Source: Haliotis rubra
Lineage: Eukaryota
Assembly: GCF_003918875.1 (NCBI RefSeq)
Contig: NW_025767503.1
Coordinates: 310,001-374,000 of the forward strand
Direction of reading: 5' to 3'
Length of the DNA: 64,000 nucleotides
Of the stretch, positions 1-11,979 are shown one piece after another. The translations under genes were made by a program, and so were the position numbers. The notes under the pieces were generated by a model. The model saw nothing but the letters and a program-made list of their open reading frames with translations, was not told where the DNA came from and did not search any database. Positions within the stretch are counted from its first letter, which is position 1. Each line of letters starts with the position of its first letter.

Positions 1-372
1 TCCTGATTATCTAGCGTGCCGAGAGGAGTGTATTGGATTAAGGGACCTTGATTGGACTGCTCATACCCGTGCTTGCTAAGAGCGTTTTATTCAATGCGCA
101 ATCACATGCGTGACAAGAGGATTAATTAGTGTATTGGATTATGGGCCCTTGATTGGACTGATCATAATCATGCCGGTTTAGACAAATGTTAATTACAGTT
201 AAAATTGCTTGTTGGGACCGGAAAGTCGTGCCGGAATACGGAATACACAGGTGCCCGATTAGACAATGTTTTAATAATCATAATATCTTTGTAAAATGGC
301 AGGACCAAAATTTTATGCTAGTTTTGACAGTGTGCCGGATTAGACAGGTGCTGGTGTTGGCAGGTTTCACTG
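1..372. mobile_element. Right end of a non-autonomous Tc1/mariner (pogo/Tigger-like) element; left end outside the window
   Basis: Ends ...GGCAGGTTTCACTG followed by TA (373-374). Subterminal GCCGG(A/T)TTAGACA repeats and a ~40-bp internal direct repeat (27-66 / 127-166). Confidence 0.6.
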
Positions 373-792
373 TATTTGTTTTTAGTAAGTGATATTTAGG
401 TTTTGTGATGTCACTCACTGATGGCTAGACGGGGCTAGTATTACTTGACCTCCAAATATTCTTATTCTGACAGCATGATATGAGGACACGACTAATTTTA
501 GTACAACTAAGACTGGTTGGTTTCCATGGCAAGATGGAACAGGTTATGTTTGTGCAATGCAGCAAAAGTCTGCTATCGTGATTAGGATCGTAACACGAAT
601 CAAGTATTGTGATGCATGTCATGACTCTGAATAAAGATATACATTGTATATGTGTAAATGTCCAAACTGAGAACAATGAACTGATTGTGAACGGTAACAG
701 ATGGTGTAAAGTGTTTTATTAATGATGTAAAGTATATAATCAATGATGTAAAGTGCAAGAGGGCACTGAGATGAGTAACTGTGTCTGTGCAG

Positions 793-816
793 GAGGTGGG
801 CGAGGAGGACCTCGAG
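793..816 (+). CDS. Candidate 24-nt micro-exon of an upstream gene (GGGRGGPR, RGG-like, if phase 1)
   Basis: TGTGCAG|GAGGTGGGCGAGGAGGACCTCGAG|GTAATT; a GC-rich island in AT-rich DNA. The pyrimidine tract is weak and there is no homology support. Confidence 0.25.
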
Positions 817-1260
817 GTAATTACCTGAGCGTTGTGTGAGCACCTTGACATTTTCTCACCCTGGGTTCTGGCATGTTGTCATTGGTCTTGCATCCTTATA
901 TCCGTGTGTTACATATCTGGGGAAGGGTTCACCGTCACAATGAGCAGCCATGACAGTGGTGCTACAGAAACAGTGTATGCAACTAGTTGTAGGACAATAT
1001 TATCATAGACTGGAACAGTTTGCAATTTATTAAAATAATGTAAAAAATGTTTCATGTGTCCCTTTAAACAAATAAATAAAATGCAGCAGTAATATTTTTT
1101 TTAGATATTTGAGCATAGACAAGTTTCAAATGTTGATGTTTCACTGAGGTGTGTTTGGAATATACTTGGATTGTACTTTCTATATGTTCATGCCGAAGAC
1201 AGGGACAGCTCACAGTGATAAGATGTTTATATGTTTGAGTCAGGTGTAATCACTGATGCT

Positions 1261-2260
1261 GTGTCATGTGTCAGTGTGTGTCATTTTAGTATGTGTCTGT
1301 GTCATTTTAGTATGTGTCATGTGTCAGTGTGTTGTATGTTCATGTGTCAAGTGTGTGTCAGTGTAAGTCATGTTAGTATGTGTCAGTGTGTCATATGTTG
1401 GTATGTGTCATTGTGTCGTATGTTCAGTATGTGTCAGTGTGTCATGTTAGTATGTGTCAGTGTGTCATGTTAGTATGTGTCAGTGTGTCATATGTCAGTG
1501 TGTGTCATGTTAGTATGTGTCATTGTCATATGTTAGTATGTGTCAGCGTGTGTCATGTGATATTTTGTATCAGTGTGTCGTATGTGAGTGGGTGTTTTAC
1601 GTCAGTGTGTTGTATGTCAGTGGGTGTTTAACGTCAGTGTGTTGTACGTCAGTGTGTTTTACGTCAGTGTGTCGTATGTCAGTGGGTGTTTAACGTCAGT
1701 GTGTTGTATGTCAGTGGGTGTTTAACGTCAGTGTGTCGTATGTCAGTGGGTGTTTTACGTCAGTGTGTTGTATGTCAGTGGGTGTTTTATGTCAGTGTGT
1801 TGTATGTCAGTGGGTGTTTTACGTCAGTGTGTTGTATGCAGTGGGTGTTTAACGTCAGTGTGTTGTATGTCAGTGGGTGTTTTACGTCAGTGTGTTGTAT
1901 GTCAGTGAGTGTTTTACGTCAGTGTGTTGTATGTCAGTGTGTGTTTTACGTCAGTGTGTTGTATGTCAGTGAGTGTTTTACGTCAGTGTGTCGTATGTCA
2001 GTGTTTCAGTGTCAGTGTCAGTGAGTGTCAGTGTTTTATGTCAGTGTGTCGTATGTCAGTGTTTTATGTCAGTGTTTACGTCAGTGTTTTCGTCAGTGTG
2101 TCATGTCAGTGTTTTACGTCAGTGTGTTGTATGTCAGTGAGTTTTTTACGTCAGTGTGTTGTATGTCAGTGTGTCGTATGTCAGTGTATGTTATCTGTCA
2201 GTGTATGTCTGTGTCATATGCCAGTGTATGTCAATATGTGAGAATGTGGGTGTGTATGTA
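1261..2260. repeat. Degenerate TGTCAGTG-based tandem repeat
   Basis: Reiterated TGTCAGTGTGT(T/C)GTATGTCAGTGGGTGTTTTACG-type units; explains the C/V/S-rich spurious ORFs. Confidence 0.9.
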
Positions 2261-3158
2261 ATTGAGATCATGGGTTTGTTTCCCTCCTCACATTTCACTT
2301 TTATAACAAGTTTTTGAGTGGTGCCTGCATTACTAAATTGAGCATCTCTTCAGAATGTTTTTCTTCCCAAGCTAGTGAGATATATTTTGCTATTTTATTG
2401 TTTGCAATAATCTGACTAAGATGTGAATTTAGTTTCACTCATTTCCATCTGTAGATACCGCTTGAAGTATTCTCGTCTTAGTTTGTACTCATCACATTTA
2501 TTCCAGTGCAATTTATTATTATTTTATTCAAGTTTGTTCTCCGATATTCCACCTCTCTCTTGTGTATTGTCTTTTCCTTGGTGGCAGTAATCTCCCTTGA
2601 CAGGGATGACGGTGGGAGGCTTCTCATACTCTGGTTCTTGTAATGCTGTATAACGAGTGTGTGTTAGGGCCTATTTCTATCTTTTTCATCCTTAATATTG
2701 TGGAAGACTGAGGATTTAATTTGATAATACAGTAACTGTTAGATTAAAAATTTATCCTAAAGTCATTAAAAAATTTAAAAAGAATTGTTTTCAGGCTTCC
2801 TCTGAGTTTCAAATCTTTAAAACAAAATCTTTAAATATATGTTGAAACTAATATACATGTTTCAAGTTGACAAATGCTCTACCCAGTGTCTCAGTTGTTG
2901 TCTTCCTTTAACTTTAGTGCAGGCCCATCCATAAAACAAACATTTAACTGGCCTGGCCTAATGAGTATAAACACCTCAACCCTCATTCAGCACTACTTCA
3001 TATAGCTAGATCAGGATATATTGTCAGGACATGTGTTCCATGCTAAACATGTGATGGACATTTCAAGCTATGTTGACTGTTGTCATTTTTATTTATTCAG
3101 TCAAGTGTGTGTATATTTCAAACATTAATTGATATGTCTTGATATTTCTTTTTTTCAG

Positions 3159-3184
3159 GGCCATATAAGTCCAAATCAGGATAG
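3159..3184 (+). CDS. Candidate terminal coding exon of an upstream gene (GPYKSKSG* if phase 1)
   Basis: Strong acceptor TTTCTTTTTTTCAG| at 3158; phase-compatible with 793-816. Unverified. Confidence 0.2.
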
Positions 3185-3826
3185 GAGACGGTTTTGGAAA
3201 AATTCCCATGTGGACTGAGAGCTATGATGGAAGTGTTAAAACTTGATCAGTGTTTGGACCTGCAGACAGTCTGTGCATGCAGGGGTGGTGAAGTCACCAT
3301 TGACCAGCAAACGCTGCTGACAATTCTGCCACAGTGACAACATTCCTCATACCCTGTGTGACACTGAATAGAATATGTGATACAGCAGTCAGAGCCTATG
3401 TCACCCAGGATACTGTGTGAACCAGCCCCATCAGCTGAGATTTGGGATCCTGCTCAAGACAGAGTTATCCTCTGATATTCTCCATCGGTCTGGGAACAAC
3501 CATTTACAATCTTAATCTGTTGGTGGAACAGCAGCATTGCACAGTTATTTCAAACTCTAACATTTGATTGAAGATTGTTATGCTTTAGTCAAAGTCATCA
3601 TGATGTATATATTTGAACTATAAATATTATATTGTACAGGAAACCAAATGTGTTCAGTTTTCAGTGTCTGGCATTGTCAAATGACTGACATTAGTCAGAT
3701 CAGGTGATTTGTTGTGGAGGATGCTGAAGGCATACTGGCCTGCCTGAACACTGGTCAGATAACAATGGCAGTATCATTTCTTAAAACAAGTACACCTATT
3801 CTCACCACACAGCTCAGTTCTTATTC

Positions 3827-6800
3827 CAGCAGGTACCTGTTGTCCATTAGACAGCAGGTGCCTGTTGTTATCCATTAGAGAGCGGGTGTCTGTTGTCCGT
3901 TAGAGAGCAGGTGCCTGTTGTTATCCATTAGAGAGCGGGTGTCTGTTGTTGTCCATTAGACAGAAAGTGTCTTTTGTCCATTAGAGAGTGGGTGCCTGTT
4001 GTTGTCCATTAGACAGTAGGTGTCTGTTGTTGTCCATTAGACAGCAGGTGTCTGTTGTCCATTAGAGAGCGGGTGCCTGTTGTCCATTAGAGAGCTTTTG
4101 GTGCCTGTTGTTGTCCATTAGAGAGCCGGGTGTCTGTTGTCCATTAGAGAGCAGGTGTCTGTTGTCCATTAGAGAGCGGGTGCCTGTTGTCCATTAGAGA
4201 GCAGGTGTCTGTTGTTGTCCATTAGAGAGCAGGTGTCTGTTGTCCATTAGACAGCAGGTGTCTGTTGTCCATTAGACAGCAGGTGTCTGTTGTCCATTAG
4301 AGAGCAGGTGTCTGTTGTTGTCCATTAGAGAGCGGGTGTCTGTTGTCCATTAGATGGCAGGTGTCTGTTGTTGTCCATTAGAGAGCAGGTGTCTGTTGTC
4401 CATTAGAGAGCAGGTGTCTGTTGTCCATTAGAGAGCTGGTGTCTGTTGTCCATTAGAGAGCAGGTGTCTGTTGTCCATTAGAGAGCCGGGTGCCTGTTGT
4501 CCATTAGAGAGCAGGTGTCTGTTGTTGTCCATTAGAGAGCCGGGTGTCTGTTGTCCATTAGAGAGCGGGTGTCTGTTGTCCGTTAGGAGAGCAGGTGCCT
4601 GTTGTTATCCATTAGAGAGCTGGTGTCTGTTGTTGTCCATTAGACAGAAGGTGTCTTTTGTCCATTAGAGAGTGGGTGTCTGTTGTTGTCCATTAGAGAG
4701 CAGGTGCCTGTTGTTGTCCATTAGACAGCAGGTGTCTGTTGTCCATTAGAGAGCTGGGTGCCTGTTGTCCATTAGAGAACGGGTGCCTGTTGTTGTCCAT
4801 TAGAGAAGCGGGTGTCTGTTGTCCATTAGAGAGCAGGTGTCTGTTGTCCATTAGAGAGCGGGTGCCTGTTGTCCATTAGAGAGCAGGTGTCTGTTGTTGT
4901 CCATTAGAGAGCAGGTGTCTGTTGTCCATTAGAGCAGGTGTCTGTTGTCCATTAGACAGCGGGTGCCTGTTGTCCATTAGAGAGCAGGTGTCTGTTGTTG
5001 TCCATTAGAGAGCAGGTGTCTGTTGTCCATTAGAGAGCGGGTGTCTGTTGTCCATTAGAGAGCAGGTGTCTGTTGTCCATTAGAGAGCGGGTGCCTGTTG
5101 TCCATTAGAGAGCAGGTGTCTGTTGTTGTCCATTAGAGAGCAGGTGTCTGTTGTCCATTAGAGAGCAGGTGTCTGTTGTCCATTAGAGAGCGGGTGTCTG
5201 TTGTCCATTAGAGAGCAGGTGCCTGTTGTTGTCCATTAGAGAGCGGGTGTCTGTTGTCCATTAGAGAGCGGGTGTCTGTTGTCCATTAGAGAGCAGGTGT
5301 CTGTTGTCCATTAGAGAGCAAGTGTCTTTTGTTGTCCATTAGAGAGCAGGTGTCTGTTGTCCATTAGAGAGCCGGGTGCCTGTTGTCCATTAGAGAGTAG
5401 GTGTCTGTTGTTGTCCATTAGAGAGCAGGTGTCTGTTGTTGTCCATTAGACAGCAGGTGTCTGTTGTCCATTAGAGAGCAGGTGTCTGTTGTCCATTAGA
5501 GAGCGGTTGCCTGTTGTTGTCCATTAGAGAGCAGGTGTCTGTTGTCCATTAGAGAGCAGGTGTCTGTTGTCCATTAGAGAGCGGGGTGCCTGTTGTTGTC
5601 CATTAGAGAGCGGGTGTCTGTTGTCCATTAGAAGAGCAGGTGTCTGTTGTCCATTAGAGAGCAGGTGCCTGTTGTTGTCCATTAGAGAGCCGGGTGTCTG
5701 TTGTCCATTAGAGAGCAGGTGTCTGTTGTCCATTAGAGAGCGGGTGTCTGTTGTCCATTAGAGAGCAGGTGTCTGTTGTCCATTAGAGAGCTTGGTGCCT
5801 GTTGTCCATTAGAGAGCAGGTGTCTGTTGTTGTCCATTAGAGAGCGGGTGTCTGTTGTCCATTAGAGAGCCGGGTGTCTGTTGTCCATTAGAGAGCGGGT
5901 GCCTGTTGTCCATTAGAGAGCAGGTGTCTGTTGTTGTCCATTAGAGAGCAGGTGTCTGTTGTCCATTAGAGAGCAGGTGCCTGTTGTCCATTAGAGAGCA
6001 GGTGTCTGTTGTCCATTAGAGAGCAAGTGTCTGTTGTTGTCCATTAGAGAGCAGGTGTCTGTTGTCCATTAGAGAGCGGGTGCCTGTTGTCCATTAGAGA
6101 GCAGGTGTCTGTTGTTGTCCATTAGAGAGCAGGTGTCTGTTGTCCATTAGAGAGCAGGTGTCTGTTGTCCATTAGAGAGCAGGTGTCTCTTGTCCATTAG
6201 AAGCAGTTGCCTGTTGTCCATTAGAGAGCAGGTGTCTGTTGTCCATTAGAGAGCAGGTGTCTGTTGTCCATTAGAGAGCGGGTGCCTGTTGTTGTCCATT
6301 AGAGAGCGGGTGTCTGTTGTCCATTAGAGAGCAGGTGTCTGTTGTCCATTAGAGAGCAGGTGCCTGTTGTTGTCCATTAGAGAGCGGGTGCCTGTTGTCC
6401 ATTAGAGAGCAGGTGTCTATTTGTCCATTAGAGAGCCGGGTGTCTGTTGTCCATTAGAGAGCGGGTGCCTGTTGTCCATTAGACAGCAGGTGTCTGTTGT
6501 TGTCCATTAGAGAGCGGGTGTCTGTTGTCCATTAGAGAGCGGGTGTCTGTTGTCCATTAGACAGCGGGTGCCTGTTGTCCATTAGAGAGCAGGTGTCTGT
6601 TGTTGTCCATTAGAGAGCAGGTGTCTGTTGTCCATTAGAGAGCAGGTGTCTGTTGTCCATTAGAGAGCAGGTGTCTGTTGTTGTCCATTGGAGAGCAGGT
6701 GTCTGTTGTCCATTAGAGAGCAGGTGTCTGTTGTCCATTAGAGAGCAGGTGTCTGTTGTCCATTAGAGAGCGGGTGCCTGTTGTCCATTAGAGAGCAGGT

Positions 6801-8554
6801 GTCTGTTGTCCATTAGAGAGCTGGGTGCCTGTTGTCCATTAGAGAGCCGGATGTCTGTTGTCCATTAGACAGCTGGTGCCTGTTGTCCATTAGAGAGCGG
6901 GTGTCTGTTGTCCATTAGACAGCAGGTGCCTGTTGTCCATTAGAGAGCGGGTGTCTGTTGTCCATTAGACAGCAGGTGCCTGTTGTTGTCCATTAGAGAG
7001 CCGGATGCCTGTTGTTGTCCATTAGACAGTAGGTGTCTGTTATTTTCCATTAGACAGCAGGTGTCGGTTGTCCATTAGAGAAGCCGGATGCCTGTTGTTG
7101 CCCATTAGAAGCGGGTGTCTGTTGTCCATTAGATTGCAGGTGCCTGTTGTTATCCATAAGGGTGAGCGGGTGCCTGTTGTTGTCCATTAGACAGCAGGTG
7201 TATGTTGTCCATTAGACAGCAGGTGCCTGTTGTCCATTAGGGAGCTGGTGTCTGTTGTTGTCCATTAGACAGCAGGTGTATGTTGTCCATTAGAGAGCAG
7301 GTGTCTGTTGTTGTCCATTAGAGAGCGGGTGCCTGTTGTCCATTAGAGAGCGGGTGTCTGTTGTCCATTAGAGAGCGGGTGTCTGTTGTCCATTAGACAG
7401 CGGGTGCCTGTTGTCCATTAGAGAGCGGGTGTCTGTTGTCCATTAGACAGCAGGTGCCTGTTGTCCATTAGAGAGCGGGTGTCTGTTGTCCATTAGACAG
7501 CAGGTGCCTGTTGTTGTCCATTAGAGAGCCGGATGCCTGTTGTTGTCCATTAGACAGTAGGTGTCTGTTATTTTCCATTAGACAGCAGGTGTCTGTTGTC
7601 CATTAGAGAGCCGGATGCCTGTTGTTGCCCATTAGAGAGCGGGTGTCTGTTGTCCATTAGATTGCAGGTGCCTGTTGTTATCCATTAGAGAGCGGGTGCC
7701 TGTTGTTGTCCATTAGACAGCAGGTGTATGTTGTCCATTAGACAGCAGGTGCCTGTTGTCCATTAGAGAGCAGGTGTCTGTTGTCCATTAGACAGCAGGT
7801 GCCTGTTGTCCATTAGACAGCAGGTGTCTGTTGTTGTCCATTAGATGGCAGGTGCCTGTTGTTGCCCATTAGACAGCAGGTGTCTGTTGTTGTCCATTAG
7901 AGAGCGGGTGTCTGTTGTCCATTAGAGAGCGGGTGCCTGTTGTTGTCCATTAGAGAGCGGGTGTCTGTTGTCCATTAGATGGCAGGTGCCTGTTGTTATC
8001 CATTAGAGAGCGGGTGCCTGTTGTTGTCCATTAGACAGCAGGTGTATGTTGTCCATTAGAGAGCAGGTGCCTGTTGTTGTCCATTAGAGAGCGGGTGCCT
8101 GTTGTTGTCCATTAGAGAGCGGGTGTCTGTTGTCGGTTAGAGAGCAGGTGCCTGTTGTTATCTATTAGAGAGTGGGTGTCTGTTGTTGTCCATAAGACAG
8201 CGGATGCCTGTTGTTGTCCATTAGATGACAGGTGCCTGTTGTTGTCCATTAGATGGCAGGTGCCTGTTGTTGCCCATTAGATGGCAGGTGCCTGTTGTTG
8301 TCCATTAGAGAGCAAGTGTCTGTTGTTTTCCATTAGACAGCAGGTGTCTGTTGTCCATTAGAGCGCGTTGCCTGTTGTTGTCCATTAGAGAGAGCGGTTG
8401 CCTGTTGTTGTCCATTAGGGAGCGGTTGCCTGTTGTCCATTAGAGAGCGGTTGCCTGTTGTCCATTAGACAGCAGGTGCCTGTTGTTATCCATTAGATGG
8501 TAGGTGCCTGTTGTTTTCCATTAGATGGCAGGTGCCTGTCAGTGTCCATAGACA
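3827..8554. repeat. 4.7-kb minisatellite, 25-bp unit with a 28-bp variant
   Basis: CTGTTGTCCATTAGAGAGCAGGTGT repeated; the variant adds TTG. Centre homogeneous, edges diverged. Confidence 0.98.
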
Positions 8555-8780
8555 ATAAACTCAAATTGTGGGAGTCTAGATTTTGAAACAATTCTGCCAG
8601 CTCTTTCACTGATTTCCTCAAACATACAGCTGTATTTTCTAATAATGCTCTAAACATCTAAACAAAGCGGTAACTGCATCACTGAAAGTGGTAAGATGAC
8701 TGTTAAAGTTACAAGACAAGATACTTTAATGGAGTACAGCTTCTTTGCTCTATTATGAAGTCTTGTGATAGATCCAAATA

Positions 8781-9141
8781 CCTTTGTCAGGCCTTGCCAG
8801 CCACTTCTCAACCTTCAACATGCCAATCTAACCCTGTCAGGCCTTGCCAGCTACTTCTCAACCTTCAACATGCCAATCTAACCCTGTCAGGCCTTGCCAG
8901 CCACTTCTCAACCTTCAACATGCCAATCTAACCCTGTCAGGCCTTGCCAGCCACTTCTCAACCTTCAACATGCCAATCTAACCCTGTCAGGCCTTGCCAG
9001 CCACTTCTCAACCTTCAACATGCCAATCTAACCCTGTCAGGCCTTGCCAGCCACTTCTCAACCCTCAACATGCCAACAAACCCTGTCAGGCCTTGCCAGC
9101 CACTTCTCAACCTTCAACATGCCAATAAACCCTGTGCCAGG
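8781..9141. repeat. 50-bp tandem repeat, ~7 copies
   Basis: ACCCTGTCAGGCCTTGCCAGCCACTTCTCAACCTTCAACATGCCAATCTA repeated. Confidence 0.97.
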
Positions 9142-9322
9142 TTTATCTGCTGAACATTTACCGGCCTTTTTCAACAATTTAAAAGACTCAAAGTTTTAAC
9201 CAGTCCCCAATCTTAAAGATGGACGATGTACTGTTAAAGTATATTAGTCTACTTCATTCTTCATATTGAATAAGCATGTGAGGGTGTAGACAAAATATCC
9301 CGTGATGACTCGTCATGGATGG

Positions 9323-9478
9323 GGTACAGTGGGGTAGCCTAATGGTTAAAGCGTTGGCTCGTCACGCCGAAGACCCGGGTTTCAATTCCCTCATGGGTAC
9401 AATGTGTGAAGCCCATTTCTGGTGTCCCCCGCCGTGATATTGCTGGAATATTGCTAAAAGCGGCGTAAAACCCCACAC
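9323..9478 (+). mobile_element. tRNA-derived SINE, family A, full length
   Basis: A box TAGCCTAATGG, B-box-like GGTTTCAATTCC, tail GCTGGAATATTGCTAAAAGCGGCGTAAAAC. 15-bp TSD ACTCGTCATGGATGG at 9308-9322 and 9479-9493. Confidence 0.92.
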
Positions 9479-9599
9479 ACTCGTCATGGATGGTGAGGAC
9501 AAAATATCCTGTGATGACACTCAATGGATGGCTGAGTACCTCCTCCCACTGTCGCAAGGCATGGAGATTGTGCCTTGTATGCCTTGCTACACATCAGTA

Positions 9600-11085
9600 C
9601 AGGGAATGGCAGAAGGGGAGCGGTCACCTCGGAAAGCTCCTAAGCTATGCCTCGGCTCGTCACGTGACCAGTGTAGCCAATATGGCGTCAGCGTAGTTTT
9701 TAAGGTTGAGCCCGGTTTATTTTCAACAGCTGATTACATACGCTGAGTGTTGTGACAACTGAAAACCTACATGTAGAAGATAAGTTACCTATTCTGTCAC
9801 TTCATTTCAAGTCAAATAATTGTTATTAGTGTCAGTATAAGTACAGTAGCTTTGTAGTAAAGTTTCAAGTGGGCATGTTGTAGCTCACTGGCTTCAATTC
9901 TCAGTACACAGCGAAAGACTAAATTATATCGCTAAAAACTTCTTTCACATATTCGTTTAGTTTTTAGAAGGAACTATACCTTTAGCTGAAAGGTGTTTGC
10001 AAGTAATAGTGATAGTTTTAAAACTAAAAAAAATTGTTAGGTGTATTTGAGGTGTGTGAAAAATATGACATATCGCCGATCTGCCATTGAAATACTACAG
10101 GGCGTTGTTTGAGTGTTTCTAGTTAGTGTTCAAAAACATCTTTCACATACACCTTCAATTTTTATGAGGGGAATATACCATCAGGTGAAAGGTGTTTGCA
10201 AGTAATAGTGATAGTTTTATAATTTAAAAAAATTGTTAGTGTGTATTTGAGGTGTGTGAAAAATATGACATATGGCCGATCTGCCATTGAAATACTACAG
10301 GGCGTTGTTTGAGTGTTTCTAGTTATTGTTCTAAAACATCTTTCACATACACCTTCAATTTTTATGAGGGGAATATACCATCAGGTGAAAGGTGTTTGCA
10401 AGTAATAGTGATAGTTTTATAATTTAAAAAAAATTGTTAGTGTGTATTTGAGGTGTGTGAAAAATATGACATATCGCCATTGGTGCTTGTGATGCTTGAG
10501 TGTTATAGTTCTAAAACTTCTTTCTTTCTTGTTGATCTTAGTATTTGACAAAACTGGAAAGGTGTTTACAACGCTTTGTGATAGTTCTAAACTTTCTGTT
10601 CTTGAGGGGTCTGTGACAGTGTCAGTTAACATTCTGTCAATGCCCATGTCATTCCACACATGCAATAAGATATCTGAATTAGTTACTAATGTAAAAAAAT
10701 GTCTCAAAGTAAATTTTTTTTTTAAAAAGGACAGCTGATGTTAACATATGTGTTCTACCGATAGTTTTGCGTTCTTTAACATGTTTGGGGAGGGATGGCC
10801 GTGGTGTATCATTTATTCTTTCATTCATTCACATATGTTCTTTTTCTTTTGTTCTTTTTCTTAATTTCTTTCATTCATTCACATAAAATTCTTGCTCTTA
10901 ATTCATTCATTGTAAAATTCCGACTGATACAATACACTGGCTGAAGTACTGTTAAACGCAGCCGAAGTTGCGCTGGGACCGAACCAAGTCACTGTGTGCG
11001 TTGGAGCATGACGAGGCACACGTTAATTAGTACAAATGGTAAAGAAAGCAAGCGAGTGACCTATCCCTGTTGTAGAGTATCCCTG
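9600..11085. mobile_element. Candidate non-autonomous DNA element carrying internal ~200-bp tandem repeats
   Basis: Begins CAGGGAAT..GGTCACCTCG and ends CGAGTGACC..ATCCCTG (diverged inverted ends). Its first ~29 bp recur immediately after the right end. Confidence 0.35.
9930..10590. repeat. ~200-bp tandem repeat, ~3.3 copies
   Basis: GAAAGGTGTTTGCAAGT recurs at 9988, 10187 and 10387, with a degenerate copy at ~10557. Confidence 0.92.
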
Positions 11086-11257
11086 GTACAGGGAATGGCA
11101 GAAAAGGAGCGGTCGTGTCACAATAAGTCGCAATCTGACTTGTACATGTCACAACCACCGTCGTCGGAATTGCTTCTGTTACTGCTGCTGATCAGAATTA
11201 TAGGTGGGATTGTTGTGTGCGCACGCACGCACACACGCACGCACACACACACACACC

Positions 11258-11466
11258 AGTGAAGATCCAGGTTGGTTACAATTGGCCTTCGGCAACGTAG
11301 CCAGGCTCGCTTACCTGGTTGACACATATCATCGCATCCCAATTGCGTAGATAGATGCTTACAAATAATGTTGATCACTGGATTGTCTGGTCCAGACTCG
11401 ATTATTTACAAACCGCCGCCATATAGCTGGGATATTAGTGAGTGCGGCGTTAAACAACAAACAACA
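11258..11466 (+). mobile_element. SINE family B, 5'-truncated
   Basis: GGATTGTCTGGTCCAGACTCGATTATTTACA..GCGGCGTTAAACAACAA; homologous to copies at 15426, 26582, 51998 and 60481. Confidence 0.88.
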
Positions 11467-11626
11467 TCCCGTCACCTCAGACGATACCCCACACATTTTA
11501 TTTATTTGAATCCGTAAACTAAATCAACCCCACTTTGCCATTGCTAGACCCACTTTGCCAGTTTCGACTAGTACACATCAAATCTAGAAATGTACCTGGG
11601 TAAATAGGTCAAAACAAGAGGTACAA

Positions 11627-11837
11627 GAGTCAGGCACACAAAGTCAACCGCCTAATCCGCTCATCGCCGACTTTGTGTGCTGGCGATTAGGTGCCTGACT
11701 CTGAGGGTGTGGGTTTGAATTCCGGATGGGACTAAACCCAACAAAAGTACTAGAATCTGTACTTTACTAAGAAAATGTAATCCCATGAACATATGTTACA
11801 TTTGAACACTTTCTAAATGGCATTGTGTATTCAATAT
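11627..11837 (+). mobile_element. tRNA-headed repeat, family E, with an inverted 5' segment
   Basis: 11627-11663 is the reverse complement of the head; the forward copy runs 11666-11837. Homologous to copies at 22108, 60761 and 62501. Confidence 0.8.
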
Positions 11838-11979
11838 ACTCTTTATCGTAATTGATCTGTCTTGCTCTAACTCTCTATCCGGCCTCATCCAATTACAGTA
11901 TTTTCTACATGTTATCAATCAAATGGAGCCTGCCTCTGGTCGGAACATATACTATGCGTGTATTCGTCTCATCACTTGG

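Noticed and set aside
1231-2261. Cys/Val/Ser-rich ORFs
   Set aside because: They are translations of a TG-rich tandem repeat, open in several frames, with no splice or domain support.
4471-5761. Repetitive ORFs and CRISPR-like periodicity in the 25-bp array
   Set aside because: Units are contiguous with no unique spacers and no cas genes, in a eukaryotic context. The same applies to the 46-, 64-, 73- and 85-bp arrays.
9323-9400. tRNA genes at SINE heads (also 28018, 29879, 59630, 60850)
   Set aside because: A/B boxes are present but there is no clean cloverleaf, and each continues into a repeat body.
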